From positions 10,179-74,178 of the IMG/VR virus record IMGVR_UViG_3300040781_000091: a stretch of DNA of 64,000 nt. The stretch is one strand, 5' to 3'. The stretch comes from a virus. This document shows positions 18,056 to 27,220 of this stretch, in pieces (position 1 is the stretch's first letter; every line of letters starts with the position of its first letter). The position numbers were made by a program, and so were the translations under genes. The notes beneath the pieces were generated by a model, which ran no database searches, was not told the DNA's origin, and saw only the letters and a program-made list of their open reading frames with translations.

Positions 18056-19268
18056 TTTTGTTTACCTGTTTTGATTTTCTTTTGTAAATGTATTTAGGTG
18101 TACCCGTTGGATCTACAACAATTTTATTTACTCCGGCCTTAGCAAGGTCTGGCAAATTAAACTGTGTCTCTTGTAGAGTCTTTTCAATTATAGCCCGAAG
18201 TCCCCGAGCTCCGGTTTTCTTCTCTAGGCTACTATGTGCAACTCCGTGTATGTACTTATCGTCGAACTCTAGTCGAACACCGTCCAAACTGAACAACTGC
18301 TTGAACTGCTGTATGATGTTGTTCTTTGGTTCGGTTAAAATTTGAACTAACATTTCTTCTGTGAGGTCTCCTAATGTAACTACAACAGGAAAACGGCCAA
18401 CAAACTCGGGTATAAGCCCGTAGTGTATAATATCTTGTGGAGACACATCGTGTAACAGCCCTATGTCGGCTGTCTTATCTTGTATAGATGCATTAATACC
18501 AATTGACGTAGCTGACTTACCCTTTCTGATAATTTTGTCTAGTCCGATGAATGCTCCACTAGCAACAAACAAAACATTCGTAGTGTCGAAATCAAACGAC
18601 TCTGACGAATTTCGACGACTCATTTTAATAGTAGTGCCTTCTACTAATTTCAAGAGTGCTTGCTGCACACCCTCCCCTGATACATCACGCGATAAGGTAG
18701 AACTTTCGCTACGACGAGATATCTTATCGATTTCGTCTATAAAGATTATTCCTCTCTGCGCTTTTTCAATATCATAGTCGGCTTTTTCTAAGAGCATCTC
18801 GATTAAATTTTCAACATCGTCGCCAACATAGCCGGATTCGGTGAGTGTGGTCGCATCGGCAATTACACACGGAGCATCGAATATCGTAGCAACAGTCTTG
18901 ACAAGTAATGTCTTACCGGAACCACTCGGACCGATCATTAACAGATTAGATTTATCAATCTCAATATCCGATGTGTCGAATACACGTTTATAATGATTAT
19001 ATACTGCTACACTTATTGCATATTTGGCATCCTCCTGACCGATCACATACTTGTCTAGGTGTGCCTTAATTTCTTTCGGAGTAAATGAAACTTCGTACTC
19101 GTCGTCGACTGTTTCGTCGTTGTCGGTTTCGTGAATAACATCGTAGCTGAAATCTACGCACTGATCACATATATAAATTGTAGACCCTGCAAACTCGGGC
19201 CCGGCAATCATTTGTTTGACTCTGCTTCGTGTTTTGTTACAAAATGAACAGCGTATAGCTTTTGCCAC
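18039..19268 (-). CDS. clpX: ClpX AAA+ unfoldase
   Basis: CSFC/CDQC Zn domain, GPSGSGKT, GYVG, IDEIDK, RDVSGEGVQQALLK, GARGLR. Confidence 0.96.
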   Translation of the reverse strand: MAKAIRCSFCNKTRSRVKQMIAGPEFAGSTIYICDQCVDFSYDVIHETDNDETVDDEYEVSFTPKEIKAHLDKYVIGQEDAKYAISVAVYNHYKRVFDTSDIEIDKSNLLMIGPSGSGKTLLVKTVATIFDAPCVIADATTLTESGYVGDDVENLIEMLLEKADYDIEKAQRGIIFIDEIDKISRRSESSTLSRDVSGEGVQQALLKLVEGTTIKMSRRNSSESFDFDTTNVLFVASGAFIGLDKIIRKGKSATSIGINASIQDKTADIGLLHDVSPQDIIHYGLIPEFVGRFPVVVTLGDLTEEMLVQILTEPKNNIIQQFKQLFSLDGVRLEFDDKYIHGVAHSSLEKKTGARGLRAIIEKTLQETQFNLPDLAKAGVNKIVVDPTGTPKYIYKRKSKQVNKNGKTA

Positions 19269-19270
19269 AA

Positions 19271-20743
19271 TTAATCCCTCTTATTCCTTATCCAATTCGG
19301 TGACCTGACTTTGTCTGGTTCTATGCCGTCTTTTATTTTTGCGCTCGGTGGTAGTATCGGTGTTTTATCTTTATTACCGTCCCCTTCTTGTATCTCAGCT
19401 GATATGGTTTTGCTCTTACCACTATCCGTTTTCCCAGCAGAGCTCCGAGCTTTTTTATCTTTCGCTTTCGTCGTAGTCTTTTTCTGAACACCCTTGTCTT
19501 CAATTATTCTCTCTTTACCATCAACGGGGTGTTTGCGTCGCGCGGGAGCCAGCACGGAGTCAGTTTGTTTTTCTTGTATCTCCGATGGTATGGTTTGGAT
19601 GGCTCCTGGATTAATTTTTCGATCCACCGTCGAATTTCTACGAGATGTTTGTGTTTTTCTTTTTTTGTTAGACGTCCCATTTATTTGCTCGACAGGTACC
19701 ACGTCTTGCCGTTTCTCGTTCCGAAGTAAATTGTCTCCCCTTTCCGATACCTCAGCTGATACTGCATAGCCAGCGGCAAGGGACAGACACGCATCTTTTT
19801 CTCGATTACTCTTTTTTTGTGCTGGCGCCGCGATTTTTTCATCTAATAATATCTCGTGTTGCGGGACTTCGTTCGATAGTTCATCACATAGGGTGGTGGC
19901 ATGCGTGAGGTTACTGTTGGGTACTTCCATAACCTTAGGGTCGGCAGTTGCTTCTGTACCGACTTTGGGTTCTTCCACGGCACGTTTTTCTTTTTCATTT
20001 CTTGCCCTTAGTAACGACTGGTTTGCCGCTATTAACAGTAATACAGCAAGTGGGTCAAATACAATCACTAAAATTAATATCACCCAGCGAACAGCATCAT
20101 CTAATTTATCAGAGGAATCGTCGTAGATTAACTCTGCAACATACCGAATTGGCCCGACCTCAAGTTCTACCTCCCTTACTGCCGAGCTTAATTCGAATTT
20201 TTCGTCTTCTAGTTTGTCTATAGTTTTTTGCGCTGCATCCACTATAGTCCTTAAAGACTGTCGTTCTTCGTTTTGCGATTTACGTATAGCAATAGCACCG
20301 GTACTGCCGCTTATCTTTTCAAACTTGATAAGTGTATTTACTGCTTCGTCTAGTTGCGCTACTACTTTTTCGGCATCTTCGATTTCTCGTTGTTCACGTG
20401 CTATTCGAAGATCAATTCTTTCTATCTTCGCAATGTTATTTCCAACTGGACTAGCTTGATCTAGGTGTGCTTTCGATAAGAATCCAAAAATACCCATGCT
20501 TGTAATAAACATTAGTATTATAACTGATATTGTTAGATATGTTTTTAATAAGAATCCGGTGGTTTTCCAGTTCCGGTACAGCCAGCTAGCTGTTACTAGT
20601 TTGCCAACTTCTAATACTGACCCCATTATTAGTATAGGAATAGTTGATGCCGAAAATATCGACATCAGCCCAATAATTGAAAACCACGCTGCGGTACTAG
20701 CAATTGCTAATGCAGTTAATAGTGTTATTAATGTAAAGAACAT
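19271..20743 (-). CDS. Membrane protein with coiled coil and long disordered C-terminus
   Basis: Three N-terminal TM segments, coiled coil, VFDPLAV TM; TATAAATA at 20748-20755. Confidence 0.7.
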   Translation of the reverse strand: MFFTLITLLTALAIASTAAWFSIIGLMSIFSASTIPILIMGSVLEVGKLVTASWLYRNWKTTGFLLKTYLTISVIILMFITSMGIFGFLSKAHLDQASPVGNNIAKIERIDLRIAREQREIEDAEKVVAQLDEAVNTLIKFEKISGSTGAIAIRKSQNEERQSLRTIVDAAQKTIDKLEDEKFELSSAVREVELEVGPIRYVAELIYDDSSDKLDDAVRWVILILVIVFDPLAVLLLIAANQSLLRARNEKEKRAVEEPKVGTEATADPKVMEVPNSNLTHATTLCDELSNEVPQHEILLDEKIAAPAQKKSNREKDACLSLAAGYAVSAEVSERGDNLLRNEKRQDVVPVEQINGTSNKKRKTQTSRRNSTVDRKINPGAIQTIPSEIQEKQTDSVLAPARRKHPVDGKERIIEDKGVQKKTTTKAKDKKARSSAGKTDSGKSKTISAEIQEGDGNKDKTPILPPSAKIKDGIEPDKVRSPNWIRNKRD

Positions 20744-20755
20744 GTAGTATTTATA

Positions 20756-21025
20756 CTACAAAATGCCCTTCAATCTTAGCACAGTAGCATCCTCGGAGCA
20801 GATTGTGTATATGTCCACATCTGCTCCGATTATAAGTGCCTCAACGCCGGGCGGCAAAACTTTGCTAAGGGCATCCTTAGCACTATTGCGATACGCCTCT
20901 GACATCATATCAGTGGTCCTCGGAACCCGAAATACGAGCACTTCTCCCTTGACTACTGGTATCGTAGCTAAGTCTCCGGCTTTGCCACCAAATCTGTCCG
21001 GGACTGATATCATGATTCGTACCAA
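20756..21025 (-). CDS. Hypothetical protein
   Basis: Operon position; ends EDATVLRLKGIL. Confidence 0.55.
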   Translation of the reverse strand: MVRIMISVPDRFGGKAGDLATIPVVKGEVLVFRVPRTTDMMSEAYRNSAKDALSKVLPPGVEALIIGADVDIYTICSEDATVLRLKGIL

Positions 21026-21501
21026 GCTGAGTTCGACGGAGTTTCTCTTACTTCTACTTTACGACAACGAACACCATCATTCGGATAGTTGTCTGGTAGC
21101 CAGATTTCATTTAAATAGTCGTGTAAGAATTTAGCAAGGGCTTCACAGCCAGTAGCTTCTACTGCTACCATCTTTGCTAGTCCCTTGTTATGTAACATTT
21201 CAAATGTTGCAAACTCGGGGTCGTCTAAAGCAACTAACATCGTGTGATCAAATGTTTCTTTCAGGAACTCTTTAAATGTTCTTAAAGAACCGAAATCCAC
21301 AACCCAGTTTCTTGCATCGAGTGTTTCGCACTCGAACTCAAACGTAAATCCTAGTGCATACCCATGAAGAGCACAGCACCCCGGTATCTCATCATGAGTA
21401 TAGACACCGCTCGTCTTACCGCTTTTACGATCTGCGCGCCACTGTCTATAGCAAACTGCAAAGCCCTCCGAAGGACCGTAATGTTTCGTTGAGACATACA
21501 T
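21010..21501 (-). CDS. queD: 6-carboxytetrahydropterin synthase (QueD/PTPS)
   Basis: CALHGY, WVVDFG, FDHT, GCE, VRETPSN. Confidence 0.9.
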   Translation of the reverse strand: MYVSTKHYGPSEGFAVCYRQWRADRKSGKTSGVYTHDEIPGCCALHGYALGFTFEFECETLDARNWVVDFGSLRTFKEFLKETFDHTMLVALDDPEFATFEMLHNKGLAKMVAVEATGCEALAKFLHDYLNEIWLPDNYPNDGVRCRKVEVRETPSNSAWYES

Positions 21502-21502
21502 G

Positions 21503-22213
21503 TTACGCCCCCTTCGCGAGTGACATAAATTCTGCGCGAGTTGCTGGATCGTCTTTAAATGCTCCGCCTAGTTTACTTGTAACAGTGTGTGAGTGGTAAT
21601 CCTGGATACCACGATTCTTAACACAACCATGTTCAGCATCAATCAACACTGCTACGTTCTCAGTTTCGAGAATGAATTGCAAGGCGTGAAAGATCTGTCC
21701 AGTGAGACGCTCTTGTACTTGAGGACGTCTACAGAAATAATCAGTTACACGATTAAGCTTCGACAAACCGAGTACTTTCTCATTCGGAATATATGCAATT
21801 GTTGCACTGCCAGTAATAGGCTGAAAGTGGTGTTCACAAAATGAAGTTACGTTAATAGATTTCTCCATTACCATTTCGTCGTATTGCATTTTGTTATCTA
21901 CCACAGTACACTTCGGAAAAGTATCGGTATCTAAACCATAAAACAATTCTGCCACATACATTTTTGCAACACGATTAGGTGTGTCACACATACTGTCATC
22001 GCTCAGGTCTAGTCCCAGAACAGTCATGATATCTTTCATGTGAGTTTCGATTTGTGCGATTCTCTCTTTAACTGAGAGAGGTCGGTATTCTCCAACTGTA
22101 CCGCTTATATGCACCTGGTCGGGCTTTGTCGGAGTATCCATTCCAATTGATTCTAAATATTTTTGAACTCTTAGACCGAGTTCGGGGTCGCACTTGCGTT
22201 TGTCTAAGGACAT
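21503..22213 (-). CDS. folE: GTP cyclohydrolase I
   Basis: TPNRVAKMY, SFCEHH, GLSKLNR, RPQVQERLT, HGC..RG; true start MSLDK at 22213 with AGGAGG. Confidence 0.96.
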   Translation of the reverse strand: MSLDKRKCDPELGLRVQKYLESIGMDTPTKPDQVHISGTVGEYRPLSVKERIAQIETHMKDIMTVLGLDLSDDSMCDTPNRVAKMYVAELFYGLDTDTFPKCTVVDNKMQYDEMVMEKSINVTSFCEHHFQPITGSATIAYIPNEKVLGLSKLNRVTDYFCRRPQVQERLTGQIFHALQFILETENVAVLIDAEHGCVKNRGIQDYHSHTVTSKLGGAFKDDPATRAEFMSLAKGA

Positions 22214-22292
22214 GTTTGATAACCTCCTGTTATCGTTATTATTATTTTGATACGACACAAACCGCCTGCTTGTGTGTCGTTTGTATTTATTA

Positions 22293-22625
22293 TTAATAGA
22301 TGCCGTACCGAGCAGATAATGAACTGAGCTCGGCTGTCGCTTCGTATGCATTTTTAGTTAACTTAGACAACACAGCGACAACTGTCTTTATTTCTTCTTG
22401 ACGTTGATATTCGGCCGATTCTAGTTCTAATATTTTCGATTCAAGGAACTGCACATGACCGGCCAATGCTTCGACTATGTTTGTATGAGAAGTTGACCCT
22501 TCGCCCTTTAGGCGAGCAACTACACGATGTTCTTCTGCTTCGGCTGATGCTGTTTTTGCTATACTCGAGTTCAAAATGTCGGACAATAACATTAGCTGTT
22601 TTTGTTCTTCGTCTGTTATCTTCAT
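22293..22625 (-). CDS. Hypothetical coiled-coil protein
   Basis: Operon position. Confidence 0.6.
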   Translation of the reverse strand: MKITDEEQKQLMLLSDILNSSIAKTASAEAEEHRVVARLKGEGSTSHTNIVEALAGHVQFLESKILELESAEYQRQEEIKTVVAVLSKLTKNAYEATAELSSLSARYGIY

Positions 22626-22828
22626 TATCGTTTTCCTTTTAGCTTGTCGACTACCATTTGTTGTCTAATCGTTTCCATATGCCTTGCATACTGCAACGCC
22701 TCTTCGCTTGTGCCGAATCTTGCAATTAACGAGTCGTCTTTATATTCTACAGAATAGGGATACCGAGTAAACTTCGACCGATATATCGTAGCAGTGGCAT
22801 GTTTAGTCCACTCTGTTTTACTCATCAT
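22625..22828 (-). CDS. Hypothetical protein
   Basis: Ends MVVDKLKGKR. Confidence 0.55.
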   Translation of the reverse strand: MMSKTEWTKHATATIYRSKFTRYPYSVEYKDDSLIARFGTSEEALQYARHMETIRQQMVVDKLKGKR

Positions 22829-23042
22829 AGTCGGTTGCCCGATGCTCGAAAATTACATCAGTAGCACAATGCGAGGCAAAGATTCTTGCCTTTTCAAACG
22901 AGCTAAAACTTTTACGGGAACTGCTGTACGAAGACTCATCTAAGACTTCTGACCACCACTTGAACGGGCCGAATCCCCTCCTAATACTAACACGGTATGT
23001 GGATTTTTGTGAATCGAACCAAACACGAGTTTTTATTGTCAT
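22818..23042 (-). CDS. Hypothetical protein
   Basis: Likely start MTIKT at 23042. Confidence 0.55.
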   Translation of the reverse strand: MTIKTRVWFDSQKSTYRVSIRRGFGPFKWWSEVLDESSYSSSRKSFSSFEKARIFASHCATDVIFEHRATDYDE

Positions 23043-23043
23043 A

Positions 23044-23904
23044 TTATACCGCCATCGGTGGTTTATTTTTGAGGTCAGGTAGAGGATCGTAGCACAGTAA
23101 CTCGACGTCTGTCCCATATTCTAGACTCAACAAATCGTCGAATGTGTTTATCGGTCTATGTATTGCTAATATCGGCAGGTCGCCTGGTTCTCTCTGTATT
23201 TGTTCTTTGCACATTTCAATTTGATTTTGGTATATGTGTGCATCCCAGCCAAAGTAAACCAATTCGCCCGGTTCTAGTCCGAGATATTTTGCAAACAAGC
23301 AGTTAAGTAATGCATACGACATAATGTTAAACGGAAGTCCAAACGGTATATCGTTTGAACGCATTATAAATGAACTGTTCAATTTATTATTAGCAGGATC
23401 GATTGTGTACATATGCATCAAGTGACACGGAGGCAACGGTGTTCCGGCTAGTTGCGTCGGGTTCCAGGCGCTAATTAAATGTCTGCGACTCGTAGGATTA
23501 TTACGCATGTCGTCGAGCATGTCTCTTACTTGGTCAACACCATCGAACTTCCCTACGGTCCCGCCGAAGTTTCTCCATTGGTGCGAGTAGCCGGTTCCAA
23601 TGCTGCCTTCCGGGAGGTGCTGGAGATTATGTTTGTCTAAAAATTCTCGAGTGGTGTTACCCTTCCATATAGGAATACCTTTCGCTTCGAGTATTTTTGT
23701 GTCTGTTTCTCCTCGTAAGAAAAACATCGTCTCCTCGAACGCAAACCTAAACGGTACACGTCTGGTTGTTAGGGCCGGAAAACCCTTGCTAAGATCCCAA
23801 CGTAGTGTTGCACCATTAATAAATCGAGAACCAATTCCCGTGCGGTCTGGGCGGTCGATGCCGTCGTCTAGAACCTGTCTAATTAGATCTAGATAATTTT
23901 TCAT
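23044..23904 (-). CDS. thyA: Thymidylate synthase
   Basis: DRTGIG, GFPALTT, HQWR, SRRH.ISAWNP, LPPCH, RSND...GLPFN, DAHIY. Confidence 0.97.
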   Translation of the reverse strand: MKNYLDLIRQVLDDGIDRPDRTGIGSRFINGATLRWDLSKGFPALTTRRVPFRFAFEETMFFLRGETDTKILEAKGIPIWKGNTTREFLDKHNLQHLPEGSIGTGYSHQWRNFGGTVGKFDGVDQVRDMLDDMRNNPTSRRHLISAWNPTQLAGTPLPPCHLMHMYTIDPANNKLNSSFIMRSNDIPFGLPFNIMSYALLNCLFAKYLGLEPGELVYFGWDAHIYQNQIEMCKEQIQREPGDLPILAIHRPINTFDDLLSLEYGTDVELLCYDPLPDLKNKPPMAV

Positions 23905-24359
23905 TTGCGGGACATACGTCTTTGTCTAATCACCGGCATTTTCTGTATGCCGCTGGCGGCATGCACCGCGGCCCATTTTTCTTCTAGTTCGGCGAGATGA
24001 TCATCGACTTCATCCAGCGGCTCATCTTTTAGTTTAGCAAGTACTCGTTTTACTCTTAAATTTTTGCGGCGGATAGTATATGCTATCCCCCATATAATTC
24101 CAACAATAGCAGTTGCTGGCCACACTAAAGACAGAATCAATATACTACCAGTGTACAGAAGTACATCCGCAAATATTCCTGCAGGATGACTTCCGGTATT
24201 AAATAACCTGCCGTCGAGGACTATGTTTGAGTCATCGAAATCATCAATAGGAACACACGTAGCATATTGTTTCAGGAGTTTACAAATCCTAACTACAGCA
24301 TGGCCAATTAAAATTACAAATAGAACCGCCATAAATATAATAGCACCAAATTCATACAT
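23901..24359 (-). CDS. Hypothetical membrane protein
   Basis: Likely start MYEFG at 24359; 2-3 TM helices. Confidence 0.6.
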   Translation of the reverse strand: MYEFGAIIFMAVLFVILIGHAVVRICKLLKQYATCVPIDDFDDSNIVLDGRLFNTGSHPAGIFADVLLYTGSILILSLVWPATAIVGIIWGIAYTIRRKNLRVKRVLAKLKDEPLDEVDDHLAELEEKWAAVHAASGIQKMPVIRQRRMSRK

Positions 24360-24873
24360 CGTCTTGCTTCCTCTTTTTGCGATAAAACTTATGATTACCG
24401 TATGTTGTGGTATGTTGCAATCTATTAATCCATCCTGGTTGTGCAATGTCAGTATTGACAAAATGTGTGGCGCCATCGGTGTTATCGGCTGCAATTTCTG
24501 CCATGGTCATAAGTGCAATTACTGCTGCGGTTTCAAACGCAGACACTTCCTGCACTATCTCTTTATTGCCCCGATATAATTTTATTTCATTCGGAATGTC
24601 GTCGCAATACCAAGAAAACTGACAAACGTATCCATTGTCTACTTTTTTAACCTGTCTGACAACATCACAAATTGTGTCAGGATATCTTTTAGAATCAACA
24701 CGTTGCAATGTCGTGTGTGCTACTGCAAATTGCCCAGCAACGGGCTCGCCCCTAGATTCATAATAAACATTCTTAGCAAGACAAAATGCCTCTTCGAGAT
24801 CAATATTAGAGGCCTCGATGCCTAATGCATTGTTCTGCAAAATTGTCAGTAGTATGAGTTTAGCAGTAATCAT
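24352..24873 (-). CDS. Cell wall hydrolase (SleB / Hydrolase_2 family)
   Basis: CLAKNVYYESRGE, YPDTICDVV, CQFSWYCD, GATHF, GNHKFY. Confidence 0.92.
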   Translation of the reverse strand: MITAKLILLTILQNNALGIEASNIDLEEAFCLAKNVYYESRGEPVAGQFAVAHTTLQRVDSKRYPDTICDVVRQVKKVDNGYVCQFSWYCDDIPNEIKLYRGNKEIVQEVSAFETAAVIALMTMAEIAADNTDGATHFVNTDIAQPGWINRLQHTTTYGNHKFYRKKRKQDDV

Positions 24874-24904
24874 GCAATCATAATAACAGGATACTAGAAA
24901 AGAA

Positions 24905-25258
24905 TCAAGTGAAATCTATTATCACTACTGTCTTGTCTTGCTTCTTTGCGTGGTTGATAGAGTTTAATGTGCCTCTGCTTTTGCCGTCCCAAAATGCAAC
25001 TAACTCGTCACACTCGTCGACTATCTGTTTGTTCCTGATAAACCCTGCGGCCTTGCCGTGTGTGTCCCAGTCAGCCGGAAAAACTTGTAGGTCTAAGTCG
25101 CGATCAACTGCATATTTTTCTGCTAGACGATCCGCGCCGCGGGCGCCGCCTGAGATAATCTTAATATTATTGTCGTATTCGATGCAATACTCGTCGAGGA
25201 CAAAGGAAAGCAGGTCATAATCACCGAACGACCTACTACCAATTACAGCTAGCTTCAA
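24905..25258 (-). CDS. SLOG family (DUF2493/YspA-like) protein
   Basis: LAVIGSRSF, IISGGARGAD, FPADW..HGKAAG.IRN, FWDGKSRGT; TTG start at 25258. Confidence 0.85.
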   Translation of the reverse strand: MKLAVIGSRSFGDYDLLSFVLDEYCIEYDNNIKIISGGARGADRLAEKYAVDRDLDLQVFPADWDTHGKAAGFIRNKQIVDECDELVAFWDGKSRGTLNSINHAKKQDKTVVIIDFT

Positions 25259-26016
25259 ATATCTAACCAGAAGTTGTGATCGAAACCGAGGTCCTTTTCG
25301 TATCCGACATAACCTCGTTGGTTGGTAACGACATGGGTGTCTCCGAGGAAAGTATTTACAGGACGATGCGTGTGACCAAACAACCAATAATCAATTTTGT
25401 AATTGTTGAACAACTCGTCGCAGTTAGCATGGAAGTACGGATTCACGCTAGAACCTGCAAATTCATCGCACACCAACGATGGAGACGGCGAAAAGTGCGT
25501 TACTACTACCGTCTTTCCGTCGAATTCAGTATCGAGTTCTTTCTTTAAGTAATACATAGCATTAGAGAAGAATGCAACAGTGTCCTCGGGACGGAGTTTT
25601 CGATAATTTTCTCCGAGCTTTATCTTTACAACACGATAATCGTTAATATTTTTGGCTGCCTGCATAGCAAACCAATCACGGTTGTTCATATCCGACCAAA
25701 GCGTAGTTCCAAGAAATCTTACATCGTCGACAATAAGCGTTTCATTATGGAGCACATGCAAGTTATCTATCCTTGCTTCGATATCTTTCCACTGCTGTAT
25801 TACTTTAAAATACTCGCCGTGATAAAACTCGTGATTACCTAATACATAAATTACCTTCCGAAACTGCTTGCAGCAACGTTCGACAAAAATCTCAGCACGA
25901 ATTTGCTCAGCAATGTCGCCGGCAAGCACCAGAACACTATCGGCATCACCCGGAAGGGGGTTGATGTGATAGTCGCCTAGTTCTAAATGTAAATCACTGT
26001 ATAATCTAATCTTCAT
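25255..26016 (-). CDS. Calcineurin-like metallophosphoesterase
   Basis: SDLH, LAGD, GNHEFY, VTH, GHTH. Confidence 0.92.
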   Translation of the reverse strand: MKIRLYSDLHLELGDYHINPLPGDADSVLVLAGDIAEQIRAEIFVERCCKQFRKVIYVLGNHEFYHGEYFKVIQQWKDIEARIDNLHVLHNETLIVDDVRFLGTTLWSDMNNRDWFAMQAAKNINDYRVVKIKLGENYRKLRPEDTVAFFSNAMYYLKKELDTEFDGKTVVVTHFSPSPSLVCDEFAGSSVNPYFHANCDELFNNYKIDYWLFGHTHRPVNTFLGDTHVVTNQRGYVGYEKDLGFDHNFWLDI

Positions 26017-26404
26017 TTGTCGGCCAATCCACCGGGTACCATCCCATATCATTTAAAGTTCTTAATACCCTAGGCGAAACATTTCCTTCTCGTCCGGCAC
26101 AATACCAATCTAGGTATTCTTCTTCTGCGTGGACGCCTGCATTATTGCGTAAGGTTGCGACTATATGCCCTGATCCTCGCCACGACGTAGACCAACAGTC
26201 TTTACGCCAATTGAAATCCTCGGGCACAGAGTATTTGAGTCTATGCAATACACGCTCATCTTCGGACTCTGGCAACTTATACCACATCATATTACACAAT
26301 GCAGCATATAGTTCTTCAGCAAAATCCTTGTCTAGAACAAGAGTGGCGATCTTTTTAGAGGAAATCAGCTCATCCTCTAAGTTATATTTGTAAATTTCTT
26401 CCAT
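26006..26404 (-). CDS. Conserved-looking hypothetical phage protein
   Basis: YAALCN, WSTSWRGSG, YLDWYCAG.EG. Confidence 0.7.
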   Translation of the reverse strand: MEEIYKYNLEDELISSKKIATLVLDKDFAEELYAALCNMMWYKLPESEDERVLHRLKYSVPEDFNWRKDCWSTSWRGSGHIVATLRNNAGVHAEEEYLDWYCAGREGNVSPRVLRTLNDMGWYPVDWPTNED

Positions 26405-26409
26405 GTGGT

Positions 26410-26438
26410 ATTATAACAAACTATCAAGTCGTGGTCAA
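26410..26438 (-). promoter_or_regulatory. sigma70-type promoter (probably leaderless transcript)
   Basis: TTGACC-17-TATAAT ending 5 nt before ATG 26404. Confidence 0.7.
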
Positions 26439-27214
26439 GTCCAGAGTGAGTGACGAATTTTAATAAGGCGGATCAAGTTTTCGTCGTCTTCGCGGCCCCA
26501 CGCCTCTTCCTGGACGCGCACTGCATCGGCCCAGTCCTTTCTAGCTTTATATGCATTAGGATGATCTCGTTTAAATCTGTCAGACATTGTATACAAAATG
26601 CCATATTTACTTACACCATCGAATTCATCTTCCGGTAGAGGAAGTTCTTCCCGGGCCGGACGAATATCTTTCCACCAAAGATACAGATCGAGTACTTCTC
26701 TAGCGACTCGTGCCTGGTGATCACTGCGTTCGTGATCATCTAGCTCGGGATCGTCTAAAGTGATTTCCCAGTTTAGATGCTCTATTCCTAATTCACGGCT
26801 ACGGAAAGTAATATTATTCCACGTCCGACGAAAAGGAATGTACCTTTTTAGATGACGAAACGGTGCATTGTCCTCTCGTTCGTTGCTTCCCTTTTGCATC
26901 CATGCCTTTTCGATCTCAACAAAATCAACTAATAGCTGAAAGTTAGCATGAAGCATTTTAGTTTCTAACTCATAATATCCGGGTTTCAATCCGGTGTGAA
27001 TTACATGATATCGGACAATGCGATATCGAACCCAATCTACTATGTTAGTGTATTTCCACGAAACTCTTTTCCAAGAAACATAAGGCAACTTGTGCGTCAA
27101 GAAATAACGAACGGGTGCATTACTTTTGAATTGGACCTCGAAGTCGACCCATTCGTCGGCTGTGCCTGCAGCGGGCGGGTTATACTTCATCCAACGTTTG
27201 AGTTTCGTGTACAT
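26435..27214 (-). CDS. Hypothetical phage protein
   Basis: 259 aa; ends LIRLIKIRHSLWT. Confidence 0.7.
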   Translation of the reverse strand: MYTKLKRWMKYNPPAAGTADEWVDFEVQFKSNAPVRYFLTHKLPYVSWKRVSWKYTNIVDWVRYRIVRYHVIHTGLKPGYYELETKMLHANFQLLVDFVEIEKAWMQKGSNEREDNAPFRHLKRYIPFRRTWNNITFRSRELGIEHLNWEITLDDPELDDHERSDHQARVAREVLDLYLWWKDIRPAREELPLPEDEFDGVSKYGILYTMSDRFKRDHPNAYKARKDWADAVRVQEEAWGREDDENLIRLIKIRHSLWT

Positions 27215-27220
27215 CGCGCA

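Noticed and set aside
21503-22351. ORF-track N-terminal extensions (folE, also 1287-2321, 23901-24494, 24905-25387, 62954-63511)
   Set aside because: The extensions overlap upstream genes or promoters; downstream starts have RBS or stop-start coupling
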